Origin: Patescibacteria group bacterium
GTDB lineage: Bacteria > Patescibacteriota > Microgenomatia > UBA1400 > PJMF01
Reading direction: 5' to 3'
DNA length: 64,000 nucleotides
Assembly (NCBI GenBank): GCA_016861205.1
Contig: BOKX01000001.1
Coordinates: 520,539 to 584,538, forward strand
Part shown: in pieces, positions 37,131 through 46,973 of the stretch
Numbering within the stretch: position 1 is the first letter of the stretch
Layout: each line of letters starts with the position of its first letter
Notes under the pieces: generated by a model
What the model saw: only the letters and a program-made list of their open reading frames with translations
Databases searched by the model: none
What the model was told of the DNA's origin: nothing
Translations under genes and position numbers: made by a program

Positions 37131-38416
37131 AGCTCTTCACTCAGTTGATCACCTGGACCGGCCTCGGATTGGCCTACCTGGCGATTGTTACTCCAGTTCA
37201 GGCGCAAGTGGTTATCAATGAAGTTGCCCCCTATCTCACTACCTCGTCAGAATGGATCGAGTTGTACAACGCTGGCTCGACTCCAGTGGACATTGGGAGT
37301 TGGCTGCTGCGCGACCAGTTGGCCACCCCCAGCGACCTCAAAGAGTTTGAACTCGAAACCATCCTCGAACCACATGGTTACTTCATCATCGAAACCATCA
37401 ACAAACTCAACAACACTGCTGATGGCGTCACGCTACTTACCGACACTGGTGAGGTTGTTGACCAAATGTCATTCACCTCATCAACTCAAAATCTAAGCTG
37501 GGCCAGAGTGCCAGATGCCGACAGCAACTGGGTGTTGAGCACACCTACGAAGGGCCAGCCCAATCCCAACAGCTTGCCTACCCCGACACCTTCTCCCACA
37601 CCTTCGGTTGCACCAACTCCATCTCCCTCTGCAACCCCGCAATCTAGTCCAACACCCATCCCCAGCTCTTCGCCGACCCCAGCACCTACCCCAGTCACCA
37701 TACCCGAACCGAGTCAGTGGCAACCATCCGAGATCATGGCGTGCCCAAGTAGTGGCGAAGCCGAATGGTTGGAACTCTATAATCCCGATCCTGTTAGCTA
37801 TAGTTTTACCAATTGGTTAGTTCGCGACTCACAAGGCAGTCTGAGGTCAGTCTCGTTCGAGCTACCGGCCTTTGGGTTTGGAGTAGCCTCTTGGGCAAGT
37901 GGTTTGCTCAACAACACCGGTGACTCACTGAGCCTCCTTAGACCTGATCAATCACTGGTTTTTACTGTTGACCTGTCAGCCTGTCAAAGTGGTCACAGCT
38001 GGGTGTTAGGCAGCAGTGGTTGGGAACTTAGTTCAACACCAACCCTTGGCACCCGTAACCAAAATGAACCATCTCCTACACCTTCACCTAGTGCCACTCC
38101 TGACAGTACCGCATCACTACCGTATGACAACTTTGCTTCTTCACTGCCACTATCAGCCAGTTTGAAATCCAGGCCAACTCCGATGACCAAATCGGCAGCC
38201 ACCACTGCAACCAAAAAACCAGCAGCCACTACTAAGTCACCAGCCAACGCAGCTTCACCTCAGCCTGAACCACCAGAAAGCCTCGAGATTACTGGTCCTA
38301 CCATCAAAACTTGGCCATTCATAAGTGTTATAATGGGTGGCGCCTTGATACTGGGCGCGGGTATCTATGATCTTGAAATCGCGCCGTTGGTCCAGTGGTT
38401 GGCTCGCATGGGTTAA
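37127..38416 (+). CDS. Secreted surface protein with two lamin-tail domains (LTD), separated by Pro/Thr/Ser-rich linkers, with a C-terminal TM anchor
   Basis: It has a signal peptide. Two LTD cores are present: VINEVAPY..SEWIELYN...TADGVTLLTDTGEVVDQ and SEIMACPSSGEAEWLELYN...NTGDSLSLLRPDQS. The linkers read PTPTPSPTPS. Confidence 0.7.
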   Translation: MKLFTQLITWTGLGLAYLAIVTPVQAQVVINEVAPYLTTSSEWIELYNAGSTPVDIGSWLLRDQLATPSDLKEFELETILEPHGYFIIETINKLNNTADGVTLLTDTGEVVDQMSFTSSTQNLSWARVPDADSNWVLSTPTKGQPNPNSLPTPTPSPTPSVAPTPSPSATPQSSPTPIPSSSPTPAPTPVTIPEPSQWQPSEIMACPSSGEAEWLELYNPDPVSYSFTNWLVRDSQGSLRSVSFELPAFGFGVASWASGLLNNTGDSLSLLRPDQSLVFTVDLSACQSGHSWVLGSSGWELSSTPTLGTRNQNEPSPTPSPSATPDSTASLPYDNFASSLPLSASLKSRPTPMTKSAATTATKKPAATTKSPANAASPQPEPPESLEITGPTIKTWPFISVIMGGALILGAGIYDLEIAPLVQWLARMG

Positions 38417-38768
38417 TGGTTACTTACCAGTTATCCTCTGGGCTTTAGTTATCTTCAGCTTTTCAGCCCAACCGGTGCTACCCAGTATTGAAGTCAGTAC
38501 CCTCGACTTTGTGTTTAAGAAGTTCGCCCACATGGGGGTCTACGCAGTACTGTACATCCTGTTGGTTCGAGCCCAGTACTTAACGTTTCCAGCTACCAAA
38601 CCATCGCAAGTGTATCGATTGCCACTACTGATTTGTTTTATTTACGCCTTGACTGACGAACTACATCAATCTATAACAGGAGGTAGTCGAAGTCCAAGCG
38701 CACGGGACGTGGTGTACGACATGTTGGGAGCCGGAATTATCCTGCTTCGCCAATACAAATACATATAA
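38367..38768 (+). CDS. VanZ-like family membrane protein
   Basis: Four TM helices and the motif TDELHQSITGGSRSPSARDVVYDMLGAGI, which matches the VanZ DExHQ..R..D signature. Confidence 0.6.
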   Translation: MILKSRRWSSGWLAWVNGYLPVILWALVIFSFSAQPVLPSIEVSTLDFVFKKFAHMGVYAVLYILLVRAQYLTFPATKPSQVYRLPLLICFIYALTDELHQSITGGSRSPSARDVVYDMLGAGIILLRQYKYI

Positions 38769-38833
38769 TCGGTCCTTGACTCCATATCATTTTCGCTTAG
38801 ACTTCATTACTACATACGCCGTAGAAAGGTACC

Positions 38834-39109
38834 ATGACTAAATCTCAACTGATTGCCATTGTTGCTAAGAAAGCTCACCTCACCAAACGCGCTTCCGAAG
38901 AAGCCATAGAGGCCTTGTTTGAAGAGGTAATCCGCTCACTACGTAAAGGTGAAAAAGTGGTAATCTCTGGTTTTGGCACTTTCTACTTGGGCAAAGTTAA
39001 AGACAAACAAGTGGTGCCTTTTGGTCAAGAAAACAAACGCCAAACTATCAAAGGTCATCGCGTGGTCAACTTCCGCGTTGGCAAACCTCTCAAGAAAACT
39101 GTTTGGTAA
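38834..39109 (+). CDS. hup: HU family DNA-binding protein
   Basis: MTKSQLIAIVAKKAHLTKRASEEAIEALFEEV...GFGTF...R.G.NP is a close match to HU/IHF. Confidence 0.85.
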   Translation: MTKSQLIAIVAKKAHLTKRASEEAIEALFEEVIRSLRKGEKVVISGFGTFYLGKVKDKQVVPFGQENKRQTIKGHRVVNFRVGKPLKKTVW

Positions 39110-39183
39110 GCTAGGTTTTCGCACAAGTCTCACTTTGAACACCTCTTCCTGTTGAAGCTACCAGGCAGTGATACAATCGTGGG

Positions 39184-39984
39184 ATGGGTAGAAAAGCCTT
39201 ACACGTTCTCAAAAAAGCTTTTATCGCCGCCATCACCTATCGCAGTGAAATTTGGCTGTGGTTTGTGCTGGATCAAATTCCCATCATCGTCACCATGCTG
39301 GTCTGGATTAGCCTGATGCAGTCTCACGACACCATTGCTGGCTATGACTTGCCGAGCATGCTGCTGTACTACTTTCTCAGCTCATTCCTAACAGGCTTGA
39401 CAGGCACCCACTTTGAAACTTGGCGGGTGGAAGAAATTCGGATGGGTCGTATCGATTTTTACCTTACCCGACCAATGTCATACATTTGGCAGGTGTTTTG
39501 GCATGATATCGGTGGCAAAACATTCTATCTTTTAACAAGTTTGCCTGGTTATGCAGTGCTGTTTTGGATTATCAATCAAAATTTTCCGCTAGCCCAACTC
39601 CAGTTCACTTGGCTGTCATCGCTGCAGTTTTTGTGGCTCTTACTATTTGCCTATGGGGTCGATTTTTCCCTCGCCATGTTGACTGTTTTGATGGGCTTTT
39701 GGTTTGAAGGTGCAGAAGGTTTACAACATTTTAAGTGGATCACGTTATCATTATTGACTGGCTCAATGATGCCCGTGGCAGTTATGCCAACGTGGTTGCA
39801 AACCGTCATCGCTTACTTGCCATTCCGATACATGATCAGCGTACCGATTGGGATTATCCAAGGTACTGCCCAGTTGCAACTGAGTGATTTGAGCTGGATG
39901 GTAGGTTACATAGCGGTCTTTTCACTCAGCATTATCTGGCTCTGGCGACAAGCTCGCTATGCTTACGCGTCAGCAGGTGGTTAA
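39184..39984 (+). CDS. ABC-2 family transporter permease, first of four
   Basis: 266 aa and six TM helices. It is in an operon with the ATPase at 40811. Confidence 0.6.
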   Translation: MGRKALHVLKKAFIAAITYRSEIWLWFVLDQIPIIVTMLVWISLMQSHDTIAGYDLPSMLLYYFLSSFLTGLTGTHFETWRVEEIRMGRIDFYLTRPMSYIWQVFWHDIGGKTFYLLTSLPGYAVLFWIINQNFPLAQLQFTWLSSLQFLWLLLFAYGVDFSLAMLTVLMGFWFEGAEGLQHFKWITLSLLTGSMMPVAVMPTWLQTVIAYLPFRYMISVPIGIIQGTAQLQLSDLSWMVGYIAVFSLSIIWLWRQARYAYASAGG

Positions 39985-39987
39985 GAT

Positions 39988-40791
39988 ATGACCCGCAAGG
40001 ATGTCCAAAAATACTGGCGACTGTTTTGGAAGTTTCGACAACTCCACTTGATGAGAACGTTGGAGTATCGAAGCAATTTCCTGTTCTGGACAGTGGTCAC
40101 GTCATTCTGGACCATCGTTAACATTTTCTTTTTTGGCATTTTGAGTGGGATCGGTAATGGTATCGGTGGCTGGACCCAATCTGAGATGCTTTTCCTGTTG
40201 GGTGTGTTCACCTTTTTAGACGGGATTATCTGGTCATTTTTCTACCACACCATGTCTTTTTACACCAAATCAGTTTTTAATGGCGAGCTGAGTCGATTTT
40301 TGCTGATGCCAGTTGATGCCCAATACATTTTGATGGTTCATACCAATAGTTACAGTAATATTTTCCGGCTCCTAACCGGGCTAGTAATGATGGGCTACGC
40401 CATCTACTTAATGAATATCCCCATCACAATTTGGTTGTTGGCAGGTGTGGTTTTTTGGCTGACCGTGGGCTCAGTCTTTATTTACACACTGTGGTTTTTA
40501 CTCAGCACGTTCGCATTTTGGGTTGAGAAGCTGGATAACATCAATGAATTAGTGCCGAGCCTGCGCAGTTTTTGGCAGATTCCCAAAAGTGTGTTGCACG
40601 GTTGGCTGTCGGTTATGTTTGGCTGGATTTTGCCTATCGCCTTAATAAGCACAGTTCCCAGTGAGTATGTGTTAGGTCGATTAGCATGGCAAACTGCAAC
40701 AGTTTTCTTATTGGCAACGATAGTCACTGCCACTGCCTCCCGCTGGTTTTTTCTCCACTCTGTTAAAAAATTTACTGGTGCTGGAAGCTAA
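39988..40791 (+). CDS. ABC-2 family transporter permease, second of four
   Basis: 267 aa and six TM helices. Confidence 0.6.
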   Translation: MTRKDVQKYWRLFWKFRQLHLMRTLEYRSNFLFWTVVTSFWTIVNIFFFGILSGIGNGIGGWTQSEMLFLLGVFTFLDGIIWSFFYHTMSFYTKSVFNGELSRFLLMPVDAQYILMVHTNSYSNIFRLLTGLVMMGYAIYLMNIPITIWLLAGVVFWLTVGSVFIYTLWFLLSTFAFWVEKLDNINELVPSLRSFWQIPKSVLHGWLSVMFGWILPIALISTVPSEYVLGRLAWQTATVFLLATIVTATASRWFFLHSVKKFTGAGS

Positions 40792-40810
40792 AAGAAAGGT
40801 AAAATAGGCT

Positions 40811-41806
40811 ATGTCTGACGCCGTCATTCAAGTTGATCATCTCAGCAAATACTTCAAGGTTTACCACAAAGAGGCGGGACTGTGGGGCTCGGTCAAATCG
40901 CTCGTCCATCGCGAGTACCACGAAGTGAAAGCTGTCGATGACGTCAGTTTTGAAATCAAACAGGGTGAAATTGTTGGTTTTATCGGCCAAAATGGGGCTG
41001 GCAAAACCACTACCCTGAAAGTCCTCTCGGGATTACTATATCCAACCAACGGCCAAGTCCGGGTTCTCGGCTACAATCCGTGGGATCGGCAACCCGCCTT
41101 TCAAAAACAGTTTGCACTAGTCATGGGTCAAAAAAATCAGTTGTGGTGGGACTTACCAGCTATTGAAACTTTCTTACTAAATCAGGCTATTTATGAAATC
41201 CCAGAAGCTCAGTTCAAAAAGACGCTGAACAAACTGGTTGAGCTGCTTGATGTCAGTGACATCCTTAATGTCCAAGTTCGCAAGTTGTCACTAGGTCAAC
41301 GCATGAAGTGTGAATTAATCGCAGCATTACTGCACAATCCCAAAGTGTTGTTTCTTGATGAACCTACTATTGGCCTGGATGTGGTGATGCAAAAAGTGCT
41401 GCGCGACTTTATTCGTACCTACAATGCAGAGTTTAACTCCACCATCATTTTGACCAGCCATTATATGGGTGATGTTAAAGAGCTTTGTGAACGGGCCATT
41501 ATCATCGACAAAGGTCATAAAATTTTCGATGGCAAACTCCAAAGCATTATCGATCGCTACGCACGCAACAAAATTTTGTCACTCATCATGTCCGAAAATG
41601 TCAGCCTCAAACAGCTTGAAAAATACGGGGAAGTCAAAGAGTTTGAGTTGCCAAAAGTCACGTTATTGGTGCCACGTGCCCAAGCCACCAAAGTTGCTGG
41701 CCAAATTTTAACCCACCTGCCGGTGCTCGATGTGAACATCGAAGAACCACCCATCGAAGCCATCATTCGTGAAGTGTTTGAAACTAAAGCAGACTTACAA
41801 GTCTGA
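40811..41806 (+). CDS. ABC transporter ATP-binding protein
   Basis: Walker A GQNGAGKTT, signature LSLGQRMK, Walker B LFLDEPT and H-loop TSHYM are all present. Confidence 0.9.
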   Translation: MSDAVIQVDHLSKYFKVYHKEAGLWGSVKSLVHREYHEVKAVDDVSFEIKQGEIVGFIGQNGAGKTTTLKVLSGLLYPTNGQVRVLGYNPWDRQPAFQKQFALVMGQKNQLWWDLPAIETFLLNQAIYEIPEAQFKKTLNKLVELLDVSDILNVQVRKLSLGQRMKCELIAALLHNPKVLFLDEPTIGLDVVMQKVLRDFIRTYNAEFNSTIILTSHYMGDVKELCERAIIIDKGHKIFDGKLQSIIDRYARNKILSLIMSENVSLKQLEKYGEVKEFELPKVTLLVPRAQATKVAGQILTHLPVLDVNIEEPPIEAIIREVFETKADLQV

Positions 41807-41808
41807 CC

Positions 41809-42627
41809 TTGTTCATGAACTTAATGCCACAATCGCTGTCTAAGTATTACCGATTGTTTGTGCTCTCCTGGCAAAATGGCTTGGTTTATCGTACCAGCTT
41901 ACTGATTTGGCGTTTGCGGCAGTTGCTCTCAACATTGATGGCCCTCACCATTTGGAGCGTTATTTTTACTGATCAAAGCTCTGCGTTCAGTTACACCCGG
42001 TCTGAAATGATCAGCTATGTGTTCTTGGTTTCTATTTTGCAGAGCCTTATTCTAGCCAGTAGCCTGCACAGTTTGGCCGGTGATATCTACAATGGCAACA
42101 TTAGTCAGCAACTCTTGAAACCCCAGAACTTGTTTATGCACTTTTCGGCTCTGGAGGTAGCGGACAAACTTCGGAATGTTTTTTTTAGTTTGATAGAGGG
42201 TGCTGCACTATATGCCTTGTTTATGCCCACTATCATTTGGCCTTCATTACAAACCTGGTTTGTTTTCATTATCTGGGCTATTTTAGGCACCGTAATTCAT
42301 TTTTTTATCACCATCATTTTTGGCTCAATTGGGTTTTGGAGTCCAGAAACTTGGGGTCCTAAGTTCTTATTTTTCATGATCCTTGATTTCACCGCTGGCA
42401 AACTTTACCCACTCGATATTTTACCGCGTGCCGTTCAGCAGGTCCTATTGATCACACCCTTTCCCTATTTATCATACGTACAAATCCAGCTGTTCTTAGG
42501 TCGATTGACATCAACCCAGATGGCGTGGGGTTGGATTAGTTTGTTGATCTGGACGGTCATTACCTGGCTAGTCGCCCAGTGGGTCTGGACCAAAGGTACC
42601 AAAGGTTATGAAGCTAACGGACTTTAG
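41809..42627 (+). CDS. ABC-2 family transporter permease, third of four
   Basis: 272 aa and six TM helices. Confidence 0.6.
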   Translation: MFMNLMPQSLSKYYRLFVLSWQNGLVYRTSLLIWRLRQLLSTLMALTIWSVIFTDQSSAFSYTRSEMISYVFLVSILQSLILASSLHSLAGDIYNGNISQQLLKPQNLFMHFSALEVADKLRNVFFSLIEGAALYALFMPTIIWPSLQTWFVFIIWAILGTVIHFFITIIFGSIGFWSPETWGPKFLFFMILDFTAGKLYPLDILPRAVQQVLLITPFPYLSYVQIQLFLGRLTSTQMAWGWISLLIWTVITWLVAQWVWTKGTKGYEANGL

Positions 42628-42633
42628 TTAACT

Positions 42634-43431
42634 ATGCGATCGCGCTTGAACACCTACTTTAAAGTTTGGTGGCTAACAGCCGCTAATGCAGCTCAGTCAG
42701 CTTTCATCAATCGCTGGAGTAACGCCTTATTCATGCTAGGTAAAATTTTGCGTCTCATCATGATGTTGGTGTTTTTATTTCTATTGAAAGATCGTCAGCT
42801 TTCGATAGCTGGCTATAGTAGTGATCAAGTCGTGTTGTTTTTTCTCACTTACCAGATTATTGATGTCACCGCCCAAATTTTCTATCGCGGCGTGTATGTC
42901 TTCAGTCAAAAAATCCGAACAGGTGAGTTTGATTTTTACTTGCTGCGCCCTATTAGCGCGCTATTTCGGGCTTTAACTGGCCAACCAGACCTCAATGATG
43001 CTCTCTTTCTGGTGTTGTTCTTGCCTGTCATGGTGGCCGTGGTCTGGCAACTTGATGTACATATCACGTTGCCATCACTATTGGGATATCTTGTGCTACT
43101 GCTCAACAGTTTTATGATTGTAACGGCCCTGCATATTGCAGTCTTAACAATTGGAGTTTTGACCACTGAAGTGGATAACATTATCTGGATGTACCGGGAC
43201 TTGATTCGCCTCGGTCAGTTCCCTGTCACGATGTACTGGGCACCGATTCGGTTTGTCTTATTTTTCGTTGTGCCAATTGGATTGATGATTACGATCCCCG
43301 CCCAAGTCCTCCTTAACGTACCACCAAGCGTGAATCTTGGTTTAGCAACCTTACTGGGGATTGGATCAGTGATTATCAGTTTGCAGGCTTGGCACTGGGC
43401 TTTGAAACAGTACAGCAGCGCCAGCAGTTGA
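42634..43431 (+). CDS. ABC-2 family transporter permease, fourth of four
   Basis: 265 aa and six TM helices. Confidence 0.6.
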   Translation: MRSRLNTYFKVWWLTAANAAQSAFINRWSNALFMLGKILRLIMMLVFLFLLKDRQLSIAGYSSDQVVLFFLTYQIIDVTAQIFYRGVYVFSQKIRTGEFDFYLLRPISALFRALTGQPDLNDALFLVLFLPVMVAVVWQLDVHITLPSLLGYLVLLLNSFMIVTALHIAVLTIGVLTTEVDNIIWMYRDLIRLGQFPVTMYWAPIRFVLFFVVPIGLMITIPAQVLLNVPPSVNLGLATLLGIGSVIISLQAWHWALKQYSSASS

Positions 43432-43467
43432 GACCAACTACGTTGAACCAAAATATGAACCAACGGA

Positions 43468-43974
43468 TTACCGTTTGGGAGATTGACGCTTGCGGCGAGC
43501 TTTACCACCGGTACCGATCTTGCGAGTTTCTTTCATGCGATCATCGCGAGTCAGCAAACCAGCTTGCTTGAGTGACAAACGGTACTCAGGGTTGAACTTG
43601 ACCAAAGCGCGAGCGATACCGTGAATAACGGCTTCCATCTGAGCTTTAGCACCTGAACCACTGACTTTAGCAGTCACAGCAAATTGATTCTTGGTGTCAG
43701 TAATTTCGAAAGGTCGGTTGTAGAGCACTGGTGAGTGCAAAATGGTGTTGAAGTATTGGCCGATAGCTAAACCATTCACCACGAAGTCACCAGCGGTGTG
43801 ATACAAACGAACTCGAGCGGTTGCAGTCTTGCGACGACCAACAGCTTCGGTGTAGTCACCTTTTGGCGCCACCATTGGTTGAGCACCGGCTGCGTGTGAC
43901 ACAGCACTAACTGGCTTCACCTTCTTGATGACTTTTTGGACTTTGGTGTTTTTCTTAGCTAGTTTACGAGCCAT
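43468..43974 (-). CDS. rpsI: 30S ribosomal protein S9 with a Lys-rich N-terminal extension
   Basis: GRRKTATARV...KARRKRQSPKR is the S9 C-terminal signature. Confidence 0.9.
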   Translation of the reverse strand: MARKLAKKNTKVQKVIKKVKPVSAVSHAAGAQPMVAPKGDYTEAVGRRKTATARVRLYHTAGDFVVNGLAIGQYFNTILHSPVLYNRPFEITDTKNQFAVTAKVSGSGAKAQMEAVIHGIARALVKFNPEYRLSLKQAGLLTRDDRMKETRKIGTGGKARRKRQSPKR

Positions 43975-43984
43975 ATATCAGACC

Positions 43985-44404
43985 TTAAGCTACAGTGATT
44001 TGACCTTGGTGGGGGTGTTCGGCCCCAGTATATACTTTTAAGCGTTTCATTCTGTCAGTCCGCAGTTTGTTCTTTGGCAACATATTATACACAGCTGCCT
44101 CGATGATGCGTTCTGGGTACTTAGCCAGCAATTCGGCAAAGTTCTGGACTCGTAAGCCACCAGGGAAACCTGAGTAACTGTAGTACATTTTGTCTTGAAC
44201 TTTGTTACCACTGACTTCAACTTGAGCCGCATTGATGACGACCACATAGTCACCACCATCGACGTGAGGGGTGAAAGTTGGCTTGTGTTTGCCAATAATT
44301 TTACTGGCAATCTCAGTGGCCACTTGACCCAAAACACGACCCTTGGCATCGATAATGTGCCATGAACGTGTAACTTCTGCTGGTTTTTGACTATAGGTTT
44401 TCAT
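43985..44404 (-). CDS. rplM: 50S ribosomal protein L13
   Basis: [30 protein letters not shown]. Confidence 0.9.
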   Translation of the reverse strand: MKTYSQKPAEVTRSWHIIDAKGRVLGQVATEIASKIIGKHKPTFTPHVDGGDYVVVINAAQVEVSGNKVQDKMYYSYSGFPGGLRVQNFAELLAKYPERIIEAAVYNMLPKNKLRTDRMKRLKVYTGAEHPHQGQITVA

Positions 44405-44406
44405 AC

Positions 44407-44916
44407 TTATTTGGTTTTCTCAACTTTTTTAGCTGCTGGTTTAGCTTTGGCCACTTTTTTAGGAGCCTCAGCTTTGGCAGCTGGTTTAGCTGCGACGGTT
44501 TTTTTGACAGTAGTTTTAACCGCATGCTCTTTACCACTCTTGAGTGTACCGACGGTAGCTGGTTTGTTGACCAATGACACAGTCGCCAACTCAGCGTTGT
44601 CACCACGGCGCAAGCCAGCGGTAGCGATGCGAGTGAAACCTGAACTACGATCGTTCATAGCTGGGGCAACTCGCTCAACCAGCGTGTTCACCACGTCTCG
44701 GCGGCCGAAGAATCGGTGCAGAGTGCGACGGGTGGTCACGGTATCAGTTTGAGCCTTATGGATCAACTTATCAGCTAAACGCTTCAACTCTTTGGCCTTG
44801 GTCACTGTAGTAGTGACTTGACCTTCGACAACTAAGCCACGCACCAAGTTCTTAAGCAAGGCCTTGCGGTGGTTGCTGTCACGGTTGAAGTGCTTGTGAG
44901 CAATTCTGTGTCTCAT
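44407..44916 (-). CDS. rplQ: 50S ribosomal protein L17 with a Lys/Ala-rich C-terminal tail
   Basis: [24 protein letters not shown]. The tail reads [27 protein letters not shown]. Confidence 0.9.
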   Translation of the reverse strand: MRHRIAHKHFNRDSNHRKALLKNLVRGLVVEGQVTTTVTKAKELKRLADKLIHKAQTDTVTTRRTLHRFFGRRDVVNTLVERVAPAMNDRSSGFTRIATAGLRRGDNAELATVSLVNKPATVGTLKSGKEHAVKTTVKKTVAAKPAAKAEAPKKVAKAKPAAKKVEKTK

Positions 44917-45860
44917 TACTCTCCTAGGCTAACGCCCTTCTTTTGCAAAGCTTCATTGATAACATCTACACTCTTCTCACCCAAGTTTTTGACTTTAGCG
45001 ACGGTGTTCTTAGGAGCACCAACTAAGTCTCCAACGGTCTTGAAACCACCTTTGCGCAAAGCGTTGGCGATGCGGGTTGGTAGGTCAAGCTCTTCGACAG
45101 TCAGTCGTAAAACTTCAGCTTCTTCAGGACTAATGTTTAAGTCCTCAACAGCTTGGCTCTCAACGACTGGCTCGAACACTTGAGTAAATTGGCGAGCTAA
45201 AATCTGAGCAGATTGTTTTACAGCTTCAACTGGTGACACACTACCGTCAGTTTCCAGCACCATGACCAATCGGTCATAGTCAGTTTTTCGACCAACACGA
45301 GTTGCCTCGACTTGGTAAGAAACTTTCACCACCGGTGAGAACAGTGAATCGACTGGGATTTCACCAATCACACTGGTCTTGCGGTCAGTAGCCATCACAT
45401 AGCCAACACCTGACTCAACAGTCATTTCGACAGTTAAGGTTTTACCCTTAGCAACTTCAGCGATGTGGAGATCTGGGTTAACAACTTCAAAACCAGCCTC
45501 AGCCTCGATGTCGGCTGCAGTCACAGTTTTTGGACCTTTGACATCAAGTCGCAAAGTACCTGGTTGGTCAGACACGGTTTTGACTCGAACTTGCTTCAAG
45601 TTCAAGATCAATTCCACAATGTCTTCACTCAAACCATCCATAGTGGTGTATTGATGATCGACACCTTGAATACGAACGGCGGTAACAGCTGCACCTGGTA
45701 AAGAGGTGAGCAGTACTCGGCGTAAAGCATTACCCAAAGTGTGGCCATAGCCCTGCTCCAAAGGCTCGATGATTAAGGTCGCGCCAGTGGCAGTCACCTC
45801 GGTCTCCTTGATTTGGAAGCGAGGGTTAAAAGTGGGATAAGCACTTAAGTTGTGACTCAT
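44916..45860 (-). CDS. rpoA: DNA-directed RNA polymerase subunit alpha
   Basis: The N-terminal domain with GHTLGNALRRVLLTSLPGAAV is present. The start was set to the ATG at 45858-45860 (MSHNL), which is preceded by an AAGGAG ribosome-binding site. The ORF track extends the frame further with a TTG start. Confidence 0.85.
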   Translation of the reverse strand: MSHNLSAYPTFNPRFQIKETEVTATGATLIIEPLEQGYGHTLGNALRRVLLTSLPGAAVTAVRIQGVDHQYTTMDGLSEDIVELILNLKQVRVKTVSDQPGTLRLDVKGPKTVTAADIEAEAGFEVVNPDLHIAEVAKGKTLTVEMTVESGVGYVMATDRKTSVIGEIPVDSLFSPVVKVSYQVEATRVGRKTDYDRLVMVLETDGSVSPVEAVKQSAQILARQFTQVFEPVVESQAVEDLNISPEEAEVLRLTVEELDLPTRIANALRKGGFKTVGDLVGAPKNTVAKVKNLGEKSVDVINEALQKKGVSLGE

Positions 45861-45945
45861 ATAATTTTCTCCTTGTTTCTCCTCTCTCGCTGGTGGCGAG
45901 AAATCTGTAACCGGATTGGTATTATTACTACTAATTACTCCTTGA

Positions 45946-46554
45946 TTATCGTGAGTAGTACTCAACGATCAGCTGCTCATCAATGACTTCACTGATATCA
46001 GCTCGTTCTGGCAGTCGTTTGACTGTCCCAATGGTTGATTTTCGTTCTAACCAAGCTGGGATAGCTCGACTGTCATCTTTTAATAACTCGGCCACTACAG
46101 GAATGTGAGCGGCTTTACTCTTCAAAACTACCACATCATCGACGTCAACTTGGTACGATGGAATGGTCATTTTGCGGTCATTAACAGCTACGTGACCATG
46201 GTTTACCATTTGGCGCGCTGCGGCTCGAGTTGGAGCCCAGCCCAAACGGTAGATCACATTGTCCAAGCGTCGCTCTAACAAACTCAGCAGAGCTGCGCCG
46301 GTAGCGGTTGGGTTTTTACTAGCGGTGACGTACAAACGGTGCAGTTGTTTTTCCAACACACCATAGATGTACTTCACTTTTTGCTTCTCTTTCAGTTGCA
46401 CACCAAAGTCAGATACTTTGCGGCGACCACGAGCTCCGTGCTGGCCTGGTCGGATGGTCAATCGCTTGGCCACCTTAACCGCGTTGGTTTTCAGACCGAG
46501 GTCTTCACCAACTTGGCGAGCTAACTTGTTTTTTGGTCCAGAATGACGTGCCAT
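45946..46554 (-). CDS. rpsD: 30S ribosomal protein S4
   Basis: MARHSGPKNKLARQVGEDL. Confidence 0.9.
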   Translation of the reverse strand: MARHSGPKNKLARQVGEDLGLKTNAVKVAKRLTIRPGQHGARGRRKVSDFGVQLKEKQKVKYIYGVLEKQLHRLYVTASKNPTATGAALLSLLERRLDNVIYRLGWAPTRAAARQMVNHGHVAVNDRKMTIPSYQVDVDDVVVLKSKAAHIPVVAELLKDDSRAIPAWLERKSTIGTVKRLPERADISEVIDEQLIVEYYSR

Positions 46555-46568
46555 ATCTTAAATCTCAC

Positions 46569-46964
46569 TTATTTGTTATGCTTCGCTTTCCGAGGCTTAG
46601 TACCATTGTGTGGTAAAGGTGTCATGTCAGCAATCATGCCAACTTTGATACCTTGAGCGCGGATGACCCGCAGCGCCACATCTCGACCAGGGCCAGGGCC
46701 CTTGATGAAAATATCCATCACATTCATTCCGAAAGCTCGGGCTTTGTGAACGGCGTTTTCAATCGTAATGGTGGCAGCGTAAGGAGTTGACTTGCGAGAA
46801 CCAGTGAAACCTGATTCACCGGTAGTTGACCAACACAACACGTTACCCTTTTCGTCAGTGATACTGGCTAAGGTACTGTTGAAGGTGGCGGTCACGTATA
46901 ACCGACCTTTTGGTACGGCTTTGGTGATGACTTTCTTGGCGTTACTGACTGGCTTCCTCGGCAT
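46569..46964 (-). CDS. rpsK: 30S ribosomal protein S11
   Basis: GRLYVTATFNSTLASITDEKGNVLCWSTTG. Confidence 0.9.
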   Translation of the reverse strand: MPRKPVSNAKKVITKAVPKGRLYVTATFNSTLASITDEKGNVLCWSTTGESGFTGSRKSTPYAATITIENAVHKARAFGMNVMDIFIKGPGPGRDVALRVIRAQGIKVGMIADMTPLPHNGTKPRKAKHNK

Positions 46965-46973
46965 GATACGTCC

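Noticed and set aside
37486-37723. Minus-strand ORFs rich in Gly, Val and Arg, of 71 and 76 aa.
   Set aside because: They are antisense to the Pro/Thr/Ser-rich linker of the LTD gene, so they are a low-complexity mirror artifact.
37540-38110. A possible tandem repeat or CRISPR-like periodicity in CCAACACC and CCTTCTCC motifs.
   Set aside because: It is low-complexity codon repetition encoding Pro-Thr-Pro-Ser linkers inside a CDS. There are no spacer and repeat units, and no CRISPR array was seen anywhere in the window.
44387-44752. A 121-aa plus-strand ORF with the sequence [19 protein letters not shown].
   Set aside because: It is antisense to the Lys/Ala-rich tail of rplQ. AAA, GCN and CCA codons read in reverse as Leu, Ala and Gly codons. 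The same artifact occurs at 59070-59423 opposite rplD and at 52099-52323 opposite rpsE.
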